Origin: Ruditapes philippinarum
Taxonomy: Eukaryota
Direction: 5' to 3'
DNA: 64,000 bases
NCBI RefSeq assembly: GCF_026571515.1
Contig: NW_026856696.1
Location: 62,001 to 126,000, forward strand
Shown: positions 52,201-64,000 of the stretch, in pieces
Position numbering within the stretch: the first letter of the stretch is position 1
Layout of the letters: each line of letters opens with the position of its first letter
The notes under the pieces: generated by a model
The model's input: the letters and a program-made list of their open reading frames with translations, nothing else
The model's database searches: none
Told to the model about the DNA's origin: nothing
Position numbers and translations under genes: made by a program

Positions 52201-52297
52201 CAATTGGCTCAGAAGAGAATATTTTCACCAAACATGTAAAACTGAGGTAACTCGAAATGACATAATTCATACTCACCAATGATGTTTCACTCGCCAT
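46293..52297 (-). CDS. UNC5CL-like single-pass membrane protein: TM, ZU5, UPA-like region, death domain, ~582 aa
   Basis: Exons 52297-52277, 52008-50917, 48162-48016, 47055-46891, 46616-46293 (all phase 0, GT-AG). TM VVGLAVLGILFLAFSILGAIIIFWIL; ZU5 GVQGGTINISGVSLVIPPDAL...LLSPVILCQPSGLKFRLPVTLTFSHAA; death domain LLDP...DYRNLAEKM...SPTRILIDKW...IHREDA. One intron contains an N gap, so an extra exon cannot be excluded. Confidence 0.85.
48430..48575. other. Assembly gap (146 N)
   Basis: Run of n bases next to an (aaag)n edge. Confidence 0.99.
49330..49795. repeat. MITE-like element with ~71-bp internal direct repeats
   Basis: cagaaaagccgggatc...ccagttcaagaatatagttttc repeated ~3 times; inverted ccggggtcc (49343) / ggaccccgg (~49784). 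Confidence 0.5.
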
Positions 52298-55200
52298 TCT
52301 TTGTGTTCACTGAAAAAAGGGTACAAAAATGAGCAAAATTATTGAGCAAGTATTGTAATGTATATGTCAACTTTTGCATATTGAAACATTTCATGATATC
52401 CCAAGCATTACGCAGTTGTTACGAAGTGAAATATCAACCCAGCACAAATTAAAAAAAATTGTCTTCTCTTTTGATTTTGCTTTCTTAACCTCATTGCGGT
52501 TAAGCAGAAAATAAATAGACGTGTCTCCCTTGAATAAATTTTTCATTTTGATAAAGAACTTGTAATATTTAACCTCAAAACAAATCCTTTCATGATGAAA
52601 ACGTATCAAAAAATCGCCTGATTCTCGCCTGCGTCTTAGCAAACAAAGAATTCTAAAATAAGCAGAACATTTGCTGACGAATCTAAAACATATGTTTAAG
52701 AAATCACCGAGGCAGTAATAAAGAAATCATCTTGATGTAAAACTCTACATCTTGTGTACAAATCAACGACACCATGGTCGGGTCATCCTAACCGACCCTG
52801 ACCGAGTCAATGCACTCGCGGCATTATGTTAGTAACTCGCCTACAAACAATATCTAAACCACTCACCTGTCTAGTTATAAACTAAATAAAGCATACTACA
52901 AAATATCTATGTTATCAAAATACAAATAAAGTTTTAACACAATATCTTTTGTTAACAGTTTTACATTGATCTGTAATATTACATGTCCCTTATATAAATA
53001 GCATATTAAATGCATAGTCATTTGAATACTACAAATAGTCAACTGTTAAACTAAGTTATTTTTATGCCAAGCTGAAAAAGGGTGCTTAAAACGACATATT
53101 TTTGTGCTGCTAGCAAAATAAAAAATGTTTTGTCACGATTTATTTAGAATGGCTTATGAAAAGTATATATGAGTAAGATATCTTACAAAAGTTAATAATA
53201 TTAATTTGGAAAAAAAACTTACCTTATTTGTAGGTTTAAAACTCATTTAAACTTATTCCTCGACCTCTGTACAGTATACGTATGCCTTTACTAGCATTAA
53301 AATTACAACATAAAAGCCGTTTAATCAAAAATGAATTGACGACCCGATTTCGATACGGAACAATTCATGAATGTGTAATACCCTCATCTAAACTTCCTGG
53401 TTTAAAATCGTTTTTATTAAATAGGTATAGAAGTTTGATTTACGTATAACTGATACTTATCCAACCTTCTTCCTGAATGAATGCGTGGGATTTTGAAATA
53501 TAGTTGATTTTAAACAAATCCCTTTTCAACGCTGTATTGCACTCGCACGTTAATTAATTCATGGTATTGCGTATTATATTTCTATATACGCCTTGTACCC
53601 TTTAAGGTAACAAGACGTAATACGTTAATGAATAATTGTTAGTCATGATACAAAAGTCAAATTTCTTTATAACAGGGAGTAAATCTATGAATGTCGAAAT
53701 AATTTATAAATAAGAAAACTTACAATCACGTTATTTTCATATTTTAAACGAACCACGTCCCTTATCGACGTATGTTCGAATCCAACTAGAAGCTCGCCGA
53801 GCTCTTTGCCTGCTTATAATAATGCTTAAAAGCTAAAATACAGATTACAAGCCTTATCTATACGTTCAAGGTACAAATGGAAATTAAAATCTCAACTTTC
53901 TCAATAATGAAAAAAAACAACTAACGGCTATTTTCTTTTCCGAATCGAGCACTGTTTGTCTTGGAAATCATGCCGAAAATGACGTCCTGGTAACGTGGTT
54001 TTGCTACGCTGTTTAAGTTATGATAGTTTTACTCATTGTTCCCCATCTATATATTATAACCATTCTTCTGAAGTCTACTCAGAAATTTTTAGACGATGAC
54101 TAAAGAAGTGTTTTAATGAACAGAACAGAAAAAACAGTTACACGATGAGATCCGCACGAGGTCTAAGAGACCCGACGTTCGCAGCTGGACGGCTTTTTCC
54201 TCCATAACTTTAGGTATTATCAGCAGATGTACCGGATACACCCCTACTAAACGGTGGCACTTTTACATTTTGGTGATCTGGATGAATGAGAGACTTCGAC
54301 ACTTCCATTGTAGAGCCATTGACCAAAACAGAACTGAAAAAAGGTAACCACAATATCAAAAGATATCCGTTTTAAAAGAATATGCTTGTTTGTTTTCTTG
54401 TTTGCTCTTTCTTTTCAAAAATCGAAGAATGCTATGCCACGTTGTATATTTTTTCATTATTTCGAATATAATTTCGGAAATACGAAATACACAAATATGA
54501 CGCTGCTGGAGCTTTTATCAAATGTAAACCTGTTTGTTTTCTTTTACATGCAGACATATTTGTTTTTGTGATTTTTTTATTTTAATTTGAACCACTTTAT
54601 CGAGTCTGGAACAAGATCATAACCACCCTTTTGGCTGAACTCACATAATAGTTCAAAAGATTTGGTTAAAAATAGAATACTTCCATTTATTAAAATGTGA
54701 TTGAGCCATTGGCAAGGTAATGCCGATGGCGCCATAACCTTGTCTATGGCTAGATCAAATTTGAATAAATGTTAGTATTTTGTTTTTGACAAAGCTCTTT
54801 GATCTATTTTTTGTTGAACCAAAAGGGAGGTTGGAAATATGTTACATGCACGATTAAGTTAATAAACAATAACTTTGTGGAAGATGTGTCTTTCTTGTGA
54901 ACGATAACACATAATTTGATATTTGGGATAGCCGACGGTCTGATTCCATGTTCATAGAACATATACATATACGCAACGGAAGTGCGTTGACTGGTGTGCT
55001 ATTTTCAATTAAAAACACTAGTTCCCTATTCGATGAATAGAGACTATTGGCTAATACGGGTACCACAATTATTGACTATTTCGCCGTGGTACCCGCATCG
55101 ACAATATGATTTAAATGGTGACTCGGGAGCCAGTTTTTTTTTAAATTGTAAACCAGTCAATGCACTTCCGTTGCGTTAAAACATGGCGGCTGCGAAACCT

Positions 55201-56379
55201 TGTAGTATTTTATATACAAACTTTAATATTTTTTAAAGAAATTTTAGAAGGTTGTTGAACCGAGTGCCTATGATTTATACCATATCACACGGCGTGTAAT
55301 AAGGGACTACACAATCGTCAATTTTTTTAATTTTATCATCTTTCTACTAACCAAAGAGACAGAAACTTTGTTGTGTGTATGCGAGAAAAGCTAAAACATT
55401 TTATTGTAATATTTGTAGTTAAATACTTTACATTTCATATAAAATGGCAAAAGTTAGGTCATTAATTTGAAGGAACCATAAAGAATACACATAATATTGT
55501 TATATCTCCTCCCAATTAATGAGGAGGTGCCAGATGAGTGGCGTGCCTTAAAATGTGTCATTCAAGCGCATTTTATGAATGTTTATGAATATAACATCAT
55601 TTCGGCGCATTTAAGAAAAGAATGAAACATGACATCATTTCGCCGTTGTTAGCTTCACTTACCCTGTAAAATTTGCAAATAGTTATCAATTCATTCGCTA
55701 TTGTAATAAAATAGTTGACATTATTTATTTCATGAAAAATTAATTTATTGACGTAAACGATTTAAAATACGGTAGATTCTAGAATATGGTACCTAGAATA
55801 TGCAAGGAAAAATATCTGATATGCATTTGCGATTCAGATCGTTACGGGCATTGTCCCTTGGGTACTCGCCCGTGGGCGGTAACTTGTCAATTATTTACAT
55901 TAACATTAAATTGAAATTAAATTAACATCCTACATGCAGTGAAACAAGACTTCGGAAAAATGATAAGGTAGTGGTTGGACAACTCGGCTAAGAAATATAG
56001 CGGATAATAAGAATTTCAACCAAGTTTATTTAGAAATTGTAACAAACTCCAAGTGGAATGTAATTCAGATTTAAGTTCAACTAAATTATCCCAAGATCAC
56101 TATTAAAGATTTACAAGTTACACACTAAATACAATATATACAAGTATAGCAAAAAAAATTTTCATTTCTAAGTGCTGTCTCTCTAAGTCAAAATGTAAAT
56201 GCATGTTTAGTATCATAACTAATTTACGGAAATTCACAATGACAAACAAATCTGTTATCGTTACATTTATTGATTTTAGATGCAACAGTATCTGTCCCCC
56301 AAGTGCGCGCGCGTCATGGCGATGTTCAGGAGTGGAATCGATATCGGGTTTTACCATGGTGATTTTATCGCCTTTTCTG

Positions 56380-56476
56380 CCAGTGACGTACTCTGTCGCA
56401 GACATCTTGGATAAATTAGGAACTGGCAGGGAAATAAACAGACATCTCTTTCGCAAAGCAAAAAAAATTGGTAAGT
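56380..56476 (+). promoter_or_regulatory. Putative 7B2 promoter and non-coding exon 1
   Basis: Locally CpG-richer patch, CRE-like tgacgta at 56384, strong donor g|gtaagt at 56471; an acceptor lies 5 nt before the 7B2 ATG, so an upstream exon is required. Assignment is inferred. Confidence 0.45.
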
Positions 56477-57739
56477 CTTTTTTTTATTGAATTTAATATT
56501 AAAATGATAGTATGTATTAAGGTTACAGTCTTCGAAGACAGAAAAATCCGATATATTTTGTGCTATTAAATTCGTATTACTTTGAATAATAGAACTGAAG
56601 GAAGCAGGTGGAAATCAGCAGTATGGTCTCAAATAAACAGCTGAGTTTTGTTTGTTTTGTCAAAACTTATATCACACTGAACAATTTTAAGCATTCTTAT
56701 GCACGTGAATAACGTGCAGTATATGAAAAGAAGAAAATGATATTCCACATATGCAAATTACTTTGACTATTAAGCATGGTAATTTTAGATTAATCTTACT
56801 TGAGCAAATATATACGTGGTAAAATGAATTTGTTTCATATTTATTACAAATTACATTAAATGTCGTTTATCATGGTGGTTTCGTTTAATACCATGTCCTA
56901 ACCCCTTTTCTTTTACTGAAACTATAATGTTGTTAACATTAATTAATGCAAATGAAATGTTGTTGTTCTTGTACTGGAACTATGAATGAAAAATGTAAGG
57001 AACAACAACAAAACAATAACAACAGACTATAATTTAACAAGGTAAAAAAATGTATATTCATTTGTGTATTTCACTTTCCTTGACAGTGAACTTGACGTCG
57101 TGATTATATTTTCTTTGAGTTTATTAACACTAAAATATCACATAACTTTGTAGGAAGCAGCTTAACTTAAATTCAGTGTCGCATCATTATTAATTTTCTA
57201 AATTTCTCTTAATATTTATTATTTATCAGTCTAATATACAGGACTGAATAAACCGTTTAAAAGTAGTGGGTATGTGACTAGAATATGTAATATTAATATC
57301 TTAACACTTAAACATAGATGTAAATTAAATATTCACGCATTTATCTACCCGACTCAAGTGATACATTCAACATATTTATTGAAACTAGACTGTTTTTTTT
57401 TTTTCAAAATTTTTATTATCAAATTCGCTTCCTGTTTTATCACTTTATTAAAATCACATCCCTTTCCTGAAGATGAAAACAAAACACTCCGCCTGCCACC
57501 CTCACCCTGCGCCCCCATAAAACAACAACAACAACAACAACAACAAAACAACAACAACAACAACAACAGAAAAACACGAAAAAAAACTAACAGGAAAAAA
57601 GAAAAAGAACAAAAAAATACAACAATAAAATAAACCACCAACAAGCAAACAAAAACAAAAACAAGAACAAAAAGAAAAGACGACAGTATACAAAATAGGG
57701 ATATACAATTTGTCATAATTTATACAACATAATCACATA

Positions 57740-58824
57740 TGAGCCGCGTCTCGACAAAACCAACATAATGGGTTTGCGACCAGCATGGATCCATACCAGC
57801 CTGCGCATCCGCGCAGTCTGATCAGGATCCATGCTGTTCGCTTACAAACCCTATAATTACGGAATGCCGTTAGGGCCATCGCCTATGAATGTGTTGATCT
57901 AAAACGCGATAGTCGATAGTACGATGGTGAAAACGCGAAATCACGAAACTACGATGGTGAAAACGCGAAAGCACGATGATGAAAACGCGATAGTACGATG
58001 ATGAAAACGCGACAGTACGATACTACGATGATGAAAACGCGATAAACTATCGTGTTTTCACCATCGTACTGTCGCGATTTCACCATCGTAGTTTCGTGAT
58101 TTCGCGTTTTCACCATCGTACTATCGACTATCGCGTTTCAGATCAAACCATTCATACGCGATGGCCCAAACGGCATTCCGGAATGCCGTTAGGGCCATTG
58201 CCTATGAAAATGTTTATCTGAAACGCGAAAGTCGATAGTACGATGGTGAAAACACGAAATCACGAAACTACGATGGTGAAAACGCGATAGTACGATGATG
58301 AAAATGCGATAGTACGATGATGAAAACACGACAGTACGATGGTGAAAACGCGATAGTACGATGATGAAAGTACGATGATGAAAACGCGATAGTACGATGG
58401 TGAAAACGCGATGGTACGATGATGAAAACACGACAGTACGATGATGAAAACACGAAATCACGAAACTACGATGGTGAAAACGCGACAGTACGATGGTGAA
58501 AACACGATAGTTTATCGCGTTTTCATCATCGTAGTATCGTACTGTCGCGTTTTCATCATCGTACTTTCGCGTTTTCATCATCGTGCTTTCGCGTTTTCAC
58601 CATCGTAGTTTCGTGATTTCGCGTTTTCACCATCGTACTATCGACTATCGCGTTTCAGATCAACACATTCATAGGCAATGGCCCTAACGGCATTCCGTAT
58701 ATAATAAGTAGAGAAACTGATAGCGAACAGTATGGATCCTGGTCAGACTGCGCGGATGCGCAGGCTAGTCTGGATCCATGCTGGTCGCAAACCCATTATG
58801 TTGGTTTTGTCGTGACGCGGCTCA
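57740..58824. mobile_element. Palindromic MITE copy 6, interrupted at its centre by a nested element
   Basis: Left half 57740-57857 and right half 58706-58824 rejoin as cttacaaaccc-tataat-aagtagagaaactg, like the other copies. Confidence 0.92.
57858..58699. mobile_element. Nested fold-back element: inverted dimer, TACGGAATGCCGTTAGGGCCAT termini, ~21-bp subrepeats, 6-bp TSD
   Basis: TSD tataat at 57852-57857 and 58700-58705; subrepeat gatagtacgatgatgaaaacgc; internal junction cggcattcc|ggaatgccg at 58179/58180. Confidence 0.88.
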
Positions 58825-59586
58825 TATGTATATTTATTGTCTGACTTGCTTATACATATTAAATTCTTAACAGATTATTATAATAATGTATATTATACAG
58901 TAAAGATAGTTTTGCGATACAAATTAAGTCAGGTATAATAGCTTAATGATTTCAAATACATTCAGGGTCGCACGTGAACTTTATCAAAATCTTCAGTTTT
59001 GTCGATTTATTTTCTGTAAGGGTGGTGAAAGTTATTCTGTTATAACAAGATTATTTGATTGGCCACATCATATTTAAAAGGAATACTGGATAAAGTACAC
59101 TTTATCCTGATTTTTCTTTAATCTTTAATACAAAGGAGGAATTAGAACACAGGATAAGATTATGCGTCTTTAAAAAATCTCATATAAAATCATCATGGAA
59201 AATCTTCTTACAAGGCCGCCATCGATTTTTTCTGTAATTCAGAAATTTGTCGCTTCTGTAAGAATCGATCACGCAATCTCAATGTTCACACTAAAAGTTT
59301 CCCCAACGTAGTCGTGATGCTTTTATGAAACAGAGAAGATAAACACCGCTCACTATTTACAAAATAGCGTGTTGTATTTCTCTTGCTCTGTTTAGATACC
59401 AGGGACCGGCCATATATTACACGTATTCCAAGATATTAATACAAGTACTTAAAACATATTTATAGGATGGTTATTGTCGAGATTATTCACCAAATTTTAC
59501 AATTTACAAGGATTACTTGCAGGAGTGCTGCCACTATATTAACTAACTAAATATAAACTATTTTCACATCTTGAATTTCAGACATA

Positions 59587-61630
59587 ATGAACAGTTTTCA
59601 CGTCCTCGGATTCGCGACATTGATCTATGCAGTCCAAGCTTCTGGCTATGCAGATCTTCTTGCAGATCTATACATGTACAATCTAGACAACCCTTACAAT
59701 GACAAAATGGCGACCGACTGGGATGTTGTATATCCGGACACTCTCTCTGACCCAAAGGAACCACGTGACTACGGAGAGACTGCGCTCAGAGATCAAGAAT
59801 ATATGAAACAGCTCCCAATTTCCGGTTATCAATTTATTTCAGGCAAGTTTATTGCACTTTCTATCGTCTTTTTGCGTTTAAACACTTACTTCCTAATTAA
59901 TTGATCATGATCAGTCATATTTAAAAAGTAGGAAGTATTGAGCCCCTTTTGTTATTTTAGTCGGTAAATATAAATAAACTAGGTAAACAAACAACAGAAT
60001 TAAATATGATAATTAATTTTTTATGTCCGTTTTTTAGGATATTATATAATGTAATATAACATTATAATTATTTGTATTAAAATTGATGCCGGTTTTCTTG
60101 TTTTGTTTATTTCTTTTTTCTTCACAATAATATTTAAAAAAATATGTTAGTCTGATACTGAACATAGAAAATAAAATGTTTTACCGCACATTGACTAACC
60201 TATCGCAAACACTGCCGTCCAATACTCATTCGCTCAGTGTTCCAGTGTCCATAGATTTATAATAAATCAGGTATCACGATGTTCCTAAATGTTCTTTGTG
60301 GATTACAAACCAACCAAGGAAACAAAACAAAATAACAAACAAACAAAAAATCATCAAAACGTCCATCCTTAAATTTTGACCGGAACCTGACCGCTTATTT
60401 AAATAGGCATGTACAAATAACAAATTTTGTTTACTTCCACACGGACTTATATAACTATTTTATATGTGCTGTTACATACACTTAGTTTTATTTATATTAT
60501 CATTTATAAAATGTGTATATGTATGTTTCTACAGGCGGTACTGGAAGACAGGAAGATCCGTCTGAAGTGAAGACAGACAAAGTACTACCAGCGTATTGTA
60601 CCCCTCCAAACCCCTGCCCATTTGGCTACACAGGTAACGTACAATGTACTCGTATTTGGGTCAAATGTGACTCAAGTTAGAGCTTCTGTCTGTTCGTTAT
60701 AACGTGTAATTAAATGAAAGGAATAAATGACAACCGTAGAGCTTGGACTTCCAGTAGTTATAGCTCTTTGTCTTAATATTGTCCTATCTATAATTGCAAA
60801 TATATGTAATATAGTACATTTTAAATATTGTAAAACCTTATAGTTTCATGAAACTTCAGGTCATCTTTGCTGTGGTAATAGGGGACTTTATAACTCGTGA
60901 CAGCAAGACTTTAGTTAACATTTTATGCACCATATTCTATCAAGATATCTGAATACTACTGAAATAAACAGAGTTATAAAACTCTTTTGGAAAAAAATGC
61001 CAATATTCGAGAATCATTTTTGCAGGAGAAGATAACTGCGTAAAAGACTTTGAAAACACACCTGAAAAGAATCGCAAAATTCTTGAAGAACAAGACTGCC
61101 CTTGTGATGCTGAACACATGCTAAGCTGTCCACCTGGCAAGAAAACTATCGACCCGAAATCCGGATTTGTAAGTGACGGTTTGGGAACGGGAGATAACAC
61201 CGATCTTGACGCTCTTGACTCGCTTGGATCAATGGAAAATATCGACCTGGTATGTTCAGTTCAGTTCAATTCATTTCAAACGCAGTTGGATTTTCTTTAT
61301 CGTTTTTGCTTAGTAATGCTAATTAAAAACGAAAATATGTAATTTGATCGAACAGCAAAGCAAAAGGCTACTAAATGAAATTAATTGATTTCATATATAT
61401 TTTATAAATATACTGTTGAAGTTGAAATTTTATTTTGTTTTAAACCGTCATCAAGTCGTAATTGAATGACCTTGAAATTCACAAATTCCATGCATTAAGC
61501 TTAAATTTACTCTTGACACTGACCTTTGACCTTGCTGTATATTTCACAGTCTGAAAACCCATACTTCAGTATGGACACAAAGCGACAAAAACTTGTTGCC
61601 AAGAAATCTCCCCATTTCATAAAGAAAAGG
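59587..61630 (+). CDS. SCG5: Neuroendocrine protein 7B2 (secretogranin V homologue; PC2 chaperone/inhibitor), terminal exon not fixed
   Basis: Exons 59587-59842 (GC donor), 60535-60633, 61026-61249, 61550-61630 = 220 codons. Signal peptide, LRDQEY, SGGTG, VKTDKVLPAYCTPPNPCPFGYT, FENT, CPCDAEHM, NPYF...LVAKKSP. Confidence 0.93.
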
Positions 61631-63099
61631 GTGAGTGTCTCATATTTGTGTGCACTGTTTATATTAATATTATTTTCACCTTTTTTCTGTTCATACAGCA
61701 CGGAATATTATGATTATTGTATGCTTATGTGCCACCTATCTAGTTTTATTTTTTAGAATTAGTTAATTGCTTTGGTTAACTTTCATTGTTTTACTATAAA
61801 TAAATTTGTAATTTGATACAATGTAATGGCAATGAACAGTTCTCTGTTTTATTAACATACGACTCTATGTTAATTAAATCGACAATGACAGTTTATCTTT
61901 CGACTTCACCGTGAGGCTGAATTATAGATTTGCGTCAATCTTAAAGGGACTCCACTGTTTTTATCACTTAAAGGGACTGGACATATTACTTTGAGACCCG
62001 TGTACAATTTCATGTAGGTCTCGACTATAAACTTCCTAAATGAGTATTTTTTGCACAAAATGACCAGAAAAGAATTGAAAAGGATTGGAACGCTTTTCAC
62101 TCAAACCAGGCTAGAAATCTTTATTATCTGTAGCAAAATTTTCTCTTTTTTGTTGTTGTTATTTTTTTTATTTCAGTGAAGGTCATCATTTTCCTGTTTA
62201 TTATTCTGATTAACAATTCAAATATATTTTGTCTTGCTATTAATGACGAATGTATCTCACTGTCACATGTTTTCATTTTTTTAATCTAAAATATTACTCT
62301 TTAGTTAGACTATAATACAAAGTTTCAGTATTTCATGATGATATAGGCTTTTTATACTTCTTTATTAATAGGAATGATTAATAGTAAATACGAAAAGAAG
62401 TATAAGAATAAGTTTTCCGTCTTTTTTCTCATTTCTGTAAAGAAGATTCTATTGTTATTGTTTGACGTGTGTCTTCTTTTCATTTGCCTCTTAGCGTTAT
62501 CAATGTCACCTATGTATAGACGTGGTCACGTTACAGAATTCTTTATACTTGACGTAAATCCTGTACACAATGACTTTTTGTTTCATTTTGATCACACTTA
62601 TTGTTAATAGGCAGTCATTGATTTGAAGGAAACGTTTAATTGGCATATATGAAGTTTTTCTTTTTCATGTTAAAAGTATAAAAAAATTTAATACTTTAGA
62701 TAGATACAGTACGCAAGCGTAAAATTCCAATTTTACAAACTCCCTGATAATTCTTTTATACTATAACCATAAAAGTGTTTTAATAATTACTGAAAGGAAA
62801 TTCATTCGACTGCTAATAGCAAAGCTTTGGAGAAAGTTTAGGAAACTAGATACTTTTCAAACAAACAGATATGCATACATGAACTCGCTTATTGACAACT
62901 GATCACAAAAAAGTTGAAACGAACAAACGCCAGAACTCTTATATTCTTTAACTGTTGAACATTTTTTGTGAATGTTGATTCGAAGTTTTGTGCATCTTTA
63001 CGCATGTTATACCAATTAAGATTCAGCTGTAATATATTATCCTGATACTATATTTGAATATAGTTTTATCAAAAAAATAGTTATGTATGTAACTTTTTT

Positions 63100-63560
63100 T
63101 CAAAGAAGCCTTGACATTCTGGTCTTACATTCTCAAATTGTTACTAACTTAATAAAGGTAAAACCATTCAGTAGTTCCTTGGCTAAAACCACCACGAATA
63201 ATTCTTTGGCTGGAACTCAGAAAAGTATCTTTGCTTAATCCCTAAGAAGAGCCTTGGCATAATTCTCGTAAAGGTCTTTGACTACATTCTCAAGTAATGC
63301 ACATGCTACCCTAACGTAGTTCCTTGGGTAACACCTTATAAAATTCCATACCTTGGCTATAACCATTACTAGAACCTTGGTTAAACTCTCAAAGCAATAC
63401 CACGATTAAAACATCAAGGTCTTCCTAGGCTTTACCCTTAAGTACGAGTATGTCCATGGTTGAATCCTCAAGGTGTGCCATGTCCACCCTGGCTTTACCC
63501 TATAGAAATTCCTTGGCCTAACCCTCGAGCAGTTCTTTTGCCATTACCAGTTCAATTGCT
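63100..63560. repeat. Degenerate ~30-bp tandem repeat (ttccttggctaaacc core)
   Basis: ccttgg core recurs more than 10 times at roughly regular spacing. Confidence 0.55.
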
Positions 63561-64000
63561 TTTAATTCAAGTGTCCCTTGCTTGTTGCTTCTTTTGTCTT
63601 TAGTTTCGTCTTTTAATCATATGTTTGTACATCTGTTTTATGGATTGATGTTGGCTTTCATTTATGTGTACATTTTCTGCATTAAATGGTTTTGAATGTA
63701 GTGTTCTATTCTAAGTTTTGTTCCTTAAGGACCTTTACAATTACGTCATTGTTTACATTTATGTTAAACTATTTGGTTAAAAGGAGATAAAAACTTATGT
63801 CATTTAATTAAATTCATAGAACGTGTATACATATTAAAACTTTTAAGTGATTTTCACAAATCAAATTAAATAGATAAGTTTTAATAACAAATGAATATAA
63901 TTTGCAAGAACTTGTTTCGCAATCAAGCTAAATTAAATATGTTTAAACTAAAATATTCATAAAATTTTCTCTGCGGGCGCTATATATAGCTTTATAAACT

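Noticed and set aside
57274-57716. Poly-Q/N and poly-L/C ORFs (also 32513-32737)
   Set aside because: Microsatellite and A-rich low-complexity translations.
58189-58581. 130-aa repetitive His/Arg-rich ORF
   Set aside because: Product of the 21-bp subrepeats of the nested element.

Overview
AT-rich, intron-containing animal DNA, most likely a bivalve mollusc (inferred from the SINE, MITE and Helentron-type repeat families; species not determinable here). Five apparently intact spliced genes were rebuilt by hand with consistent intron phases: a 4-TM membrane protein with a C-terminal PPxY motif (-), a two-finger C2H2 protein with an unnamed N-terminal domain (+), a 13-exon SLCO/OATP transporter (+), an ectodomain-less TM-ZU5-UPA-death-domain protein of UNC5CL type (-), and neuroendocrine protein 7B2 (+, GC-AG intron, last exon uncertain). 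Disrupted coding sequences are a frameshifted BTB gene, a decayed pogo-family transposase with a C-terminal PHD finger, a CR1 LINE fragment, and a heavily frameshifted cGAS-like (Mab-21/cGLR) nucleotidyltransferase whose motifs are only visible when reading across frames. Repeats include six copies of a ~238-bp palindromic MITE (one carrying a nested inverted dimer of a second fold-back element with a 6-bp TSD), several tRNA-derived SINEs, a satellite-bearing Helentron-type element, and minisatellites, one built from an exon/intron junction. There is a 146-N assembly gap at 48430-48575. I found no convincing complete novel multi-gene system.
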